Positions 62,454-64,000 of a DNA stretch of 64,000 nucleotides are shown here, one piece after another. Origin of the DNA: the human T2T-CHM13v2.0 reference genome, Homo sapiens; the NCBI RefSeq assembly GCF_009914755.1, contig NC_060935.1. One strand, 5' to 3'. Both the position numbers and the translations under genes were made by a program. A model generated the notes under the pieces. The model was given only the letters and a program-made list of their open reading frames with translations. It was not told where the DNA came from and made no database searches. Position 1 is the first letter of the stretch, and every line of letters starts with the position of its first letter.

Positions 62454-64000
62454 CTTGACTTTTTTGTTTGTTTTTAACAAAAACTAGATTAACACACAAG
62501 AAACAATTTCGAAGGGATTCCTGCGTAAGACAGAATATGGGACTGACTGAGTTTCCAGTTCCATAATTCTGTACTCAGTTCAAGCCCAAGTTCTCTAGGA
62601 TGTTTCAAATATATGTTGAAATTGGGAGTGATGTGTGAGACTGTAGGGGTAGACAAAAATTTCACCTAGTATGCACTTCTACTTCAACTCTAAACATTTC
62701 AAATAAAGTTAAACTGCTTCAAGAAGTTGTGTTCTCTTTAATCATGGTTTTAAACATACATAAACTTTCAGAATGAAGACAAAGATGATAGGAACTTTGC
62801 AACAGCCTCACAGAATAAATACCTCCACTGATGCATTGGCTATGGGTGACTCATTTCTGGGATCTGGAAGCTTCAAATGGCCCCCACAACAATGTATTAT
62901 GTATGGATACATGTTGTGTTTTTAAGAAGGAAATAATTGACAACTGTAGGTCCGACCGTCATTGCTCAAAGAGAGTGATAAGAAATTGTGCAATTGCTGG
63001 CATTTCACATTGTTTCCTTTATGATGCATTATGAGCCATTTAATTTCAAGTCTTCCTTTACTCTTTGGCACAAAAGGCAACTTCAGCAAAAGGATACAAA
63101 TCTAGAGGAGGAGTACTCCGGTAGGAAGGAAGCAAGATTCATTTTAGCTAAGTGGTTCTGGTTAATGGCTTCTTAATCCTGCATGGGCATTAGGAAAAAA
63201 ACAGACCAAATTGAGGATTAGCTATTTTTATTCTTCAAATAGGAAGAAGCAAAATAATTCTCTAGATGTGATCTGTCCTAGGAGGTATGCAACAACAACA
63301 ACAAAACATTCAGATGTGCTTTTCACCATAAAATTAACCTGAAAATTGCACATTAAAATGGAGAAAATTCTGTAGTGGAACTCTGTACTCCTAGGTTCTA
63401 AGCTTGCGTTTGTTACTAGCTGAGAAATCTTCAACAAAGTGGTTAATTTCTTTGGACTTTGCTTCATACATAACATGAACAGAATACATTCCTAATCCCT
63501 TTGGCCTTTTCTGTCTCTCTTCCTCTGTTTAATGGGAGGGACGGTTTGCATATGAAGGCAGAGATGATTTCTTCTGTGACCAGATAAAGAGGAGAGCCTT
63601 GCTTTTAGTTTACTTTTACGAATTAATTTAGCTGAAAAATCCAGTTGATGGAATTTACTTTTGTTTTATTCAAGTGAGCTCAATGTCTCTTTTAAAAATT
63701 TTGATTTCAACTTGAAAATATCTAGAAATAGCCTGATATAACTAGAAATCACCCTTGTTATATTATTTTTAAAGTTTCCACCCTTAATTGAAAAACAGAC
63801 ACACTCAATATTTAAACTCTACACAAGGCATAGGGATTCTCCTTTATATATGAGAACTATGTATTAACCAATCCCCGATCAAAATTGGTTTTGATAGGTA
63901 AGTATAAGTATAGTATAGATAAGTATAGATGCCAGACTGGTTATCTGGGAAATGAAATACTGTATGTAAGCCCTAATTTATTAATTTAATCTCTGGTCTT

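Overview
This is primate (almost certainly human) AT-rich genomic DNA that is mostly intronic and repeat-dense. It is not prokaryotic, and nearly all listed ORFs are spurious or repeat-derived. I recognise the locus as the 5' region of ANO3 (anoctamin-3/TMEM16C) on the + strand. A CpG-rich promoter at ~60850-61230 leads into a first coding exon (ATG 61145, MVHHSGSIQSFKQQK-G, donor after 61190). An alternative in-frame 75-nt exon lies upstream at 38523-38597. Splice signals on the - strand outline a three-exon antisense RNA at ~14460-17050, probably ANO3-AS1. The rest is Alu, L1, L2, MIR, Tigger2, MER, MLT and a solo HERV-K(HML)-type LTR, plus microsatellites. The most unusual items are: (1) an L1 at 18704-21939 carrying the exact 5'UTR splice junction of a spliced retrotransposed element (SpIRE97/622 type), which also ends at an internal AATAAA next to a palindromic TA-rich array; (2) two locally templated insertions, a 136-bp inverted copy inside Tigger2 and an 87-bp near-perfect direct copy; (3) a divergent CTCF motif pair, RFX X-boxes and a TGACA (TALE/MEIS) cluster. 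I found no evidence for a wholly new multi-gene system. Repeat subfamily calls come from remembered consensus sequences, and old-repeat boundaries are approximate.
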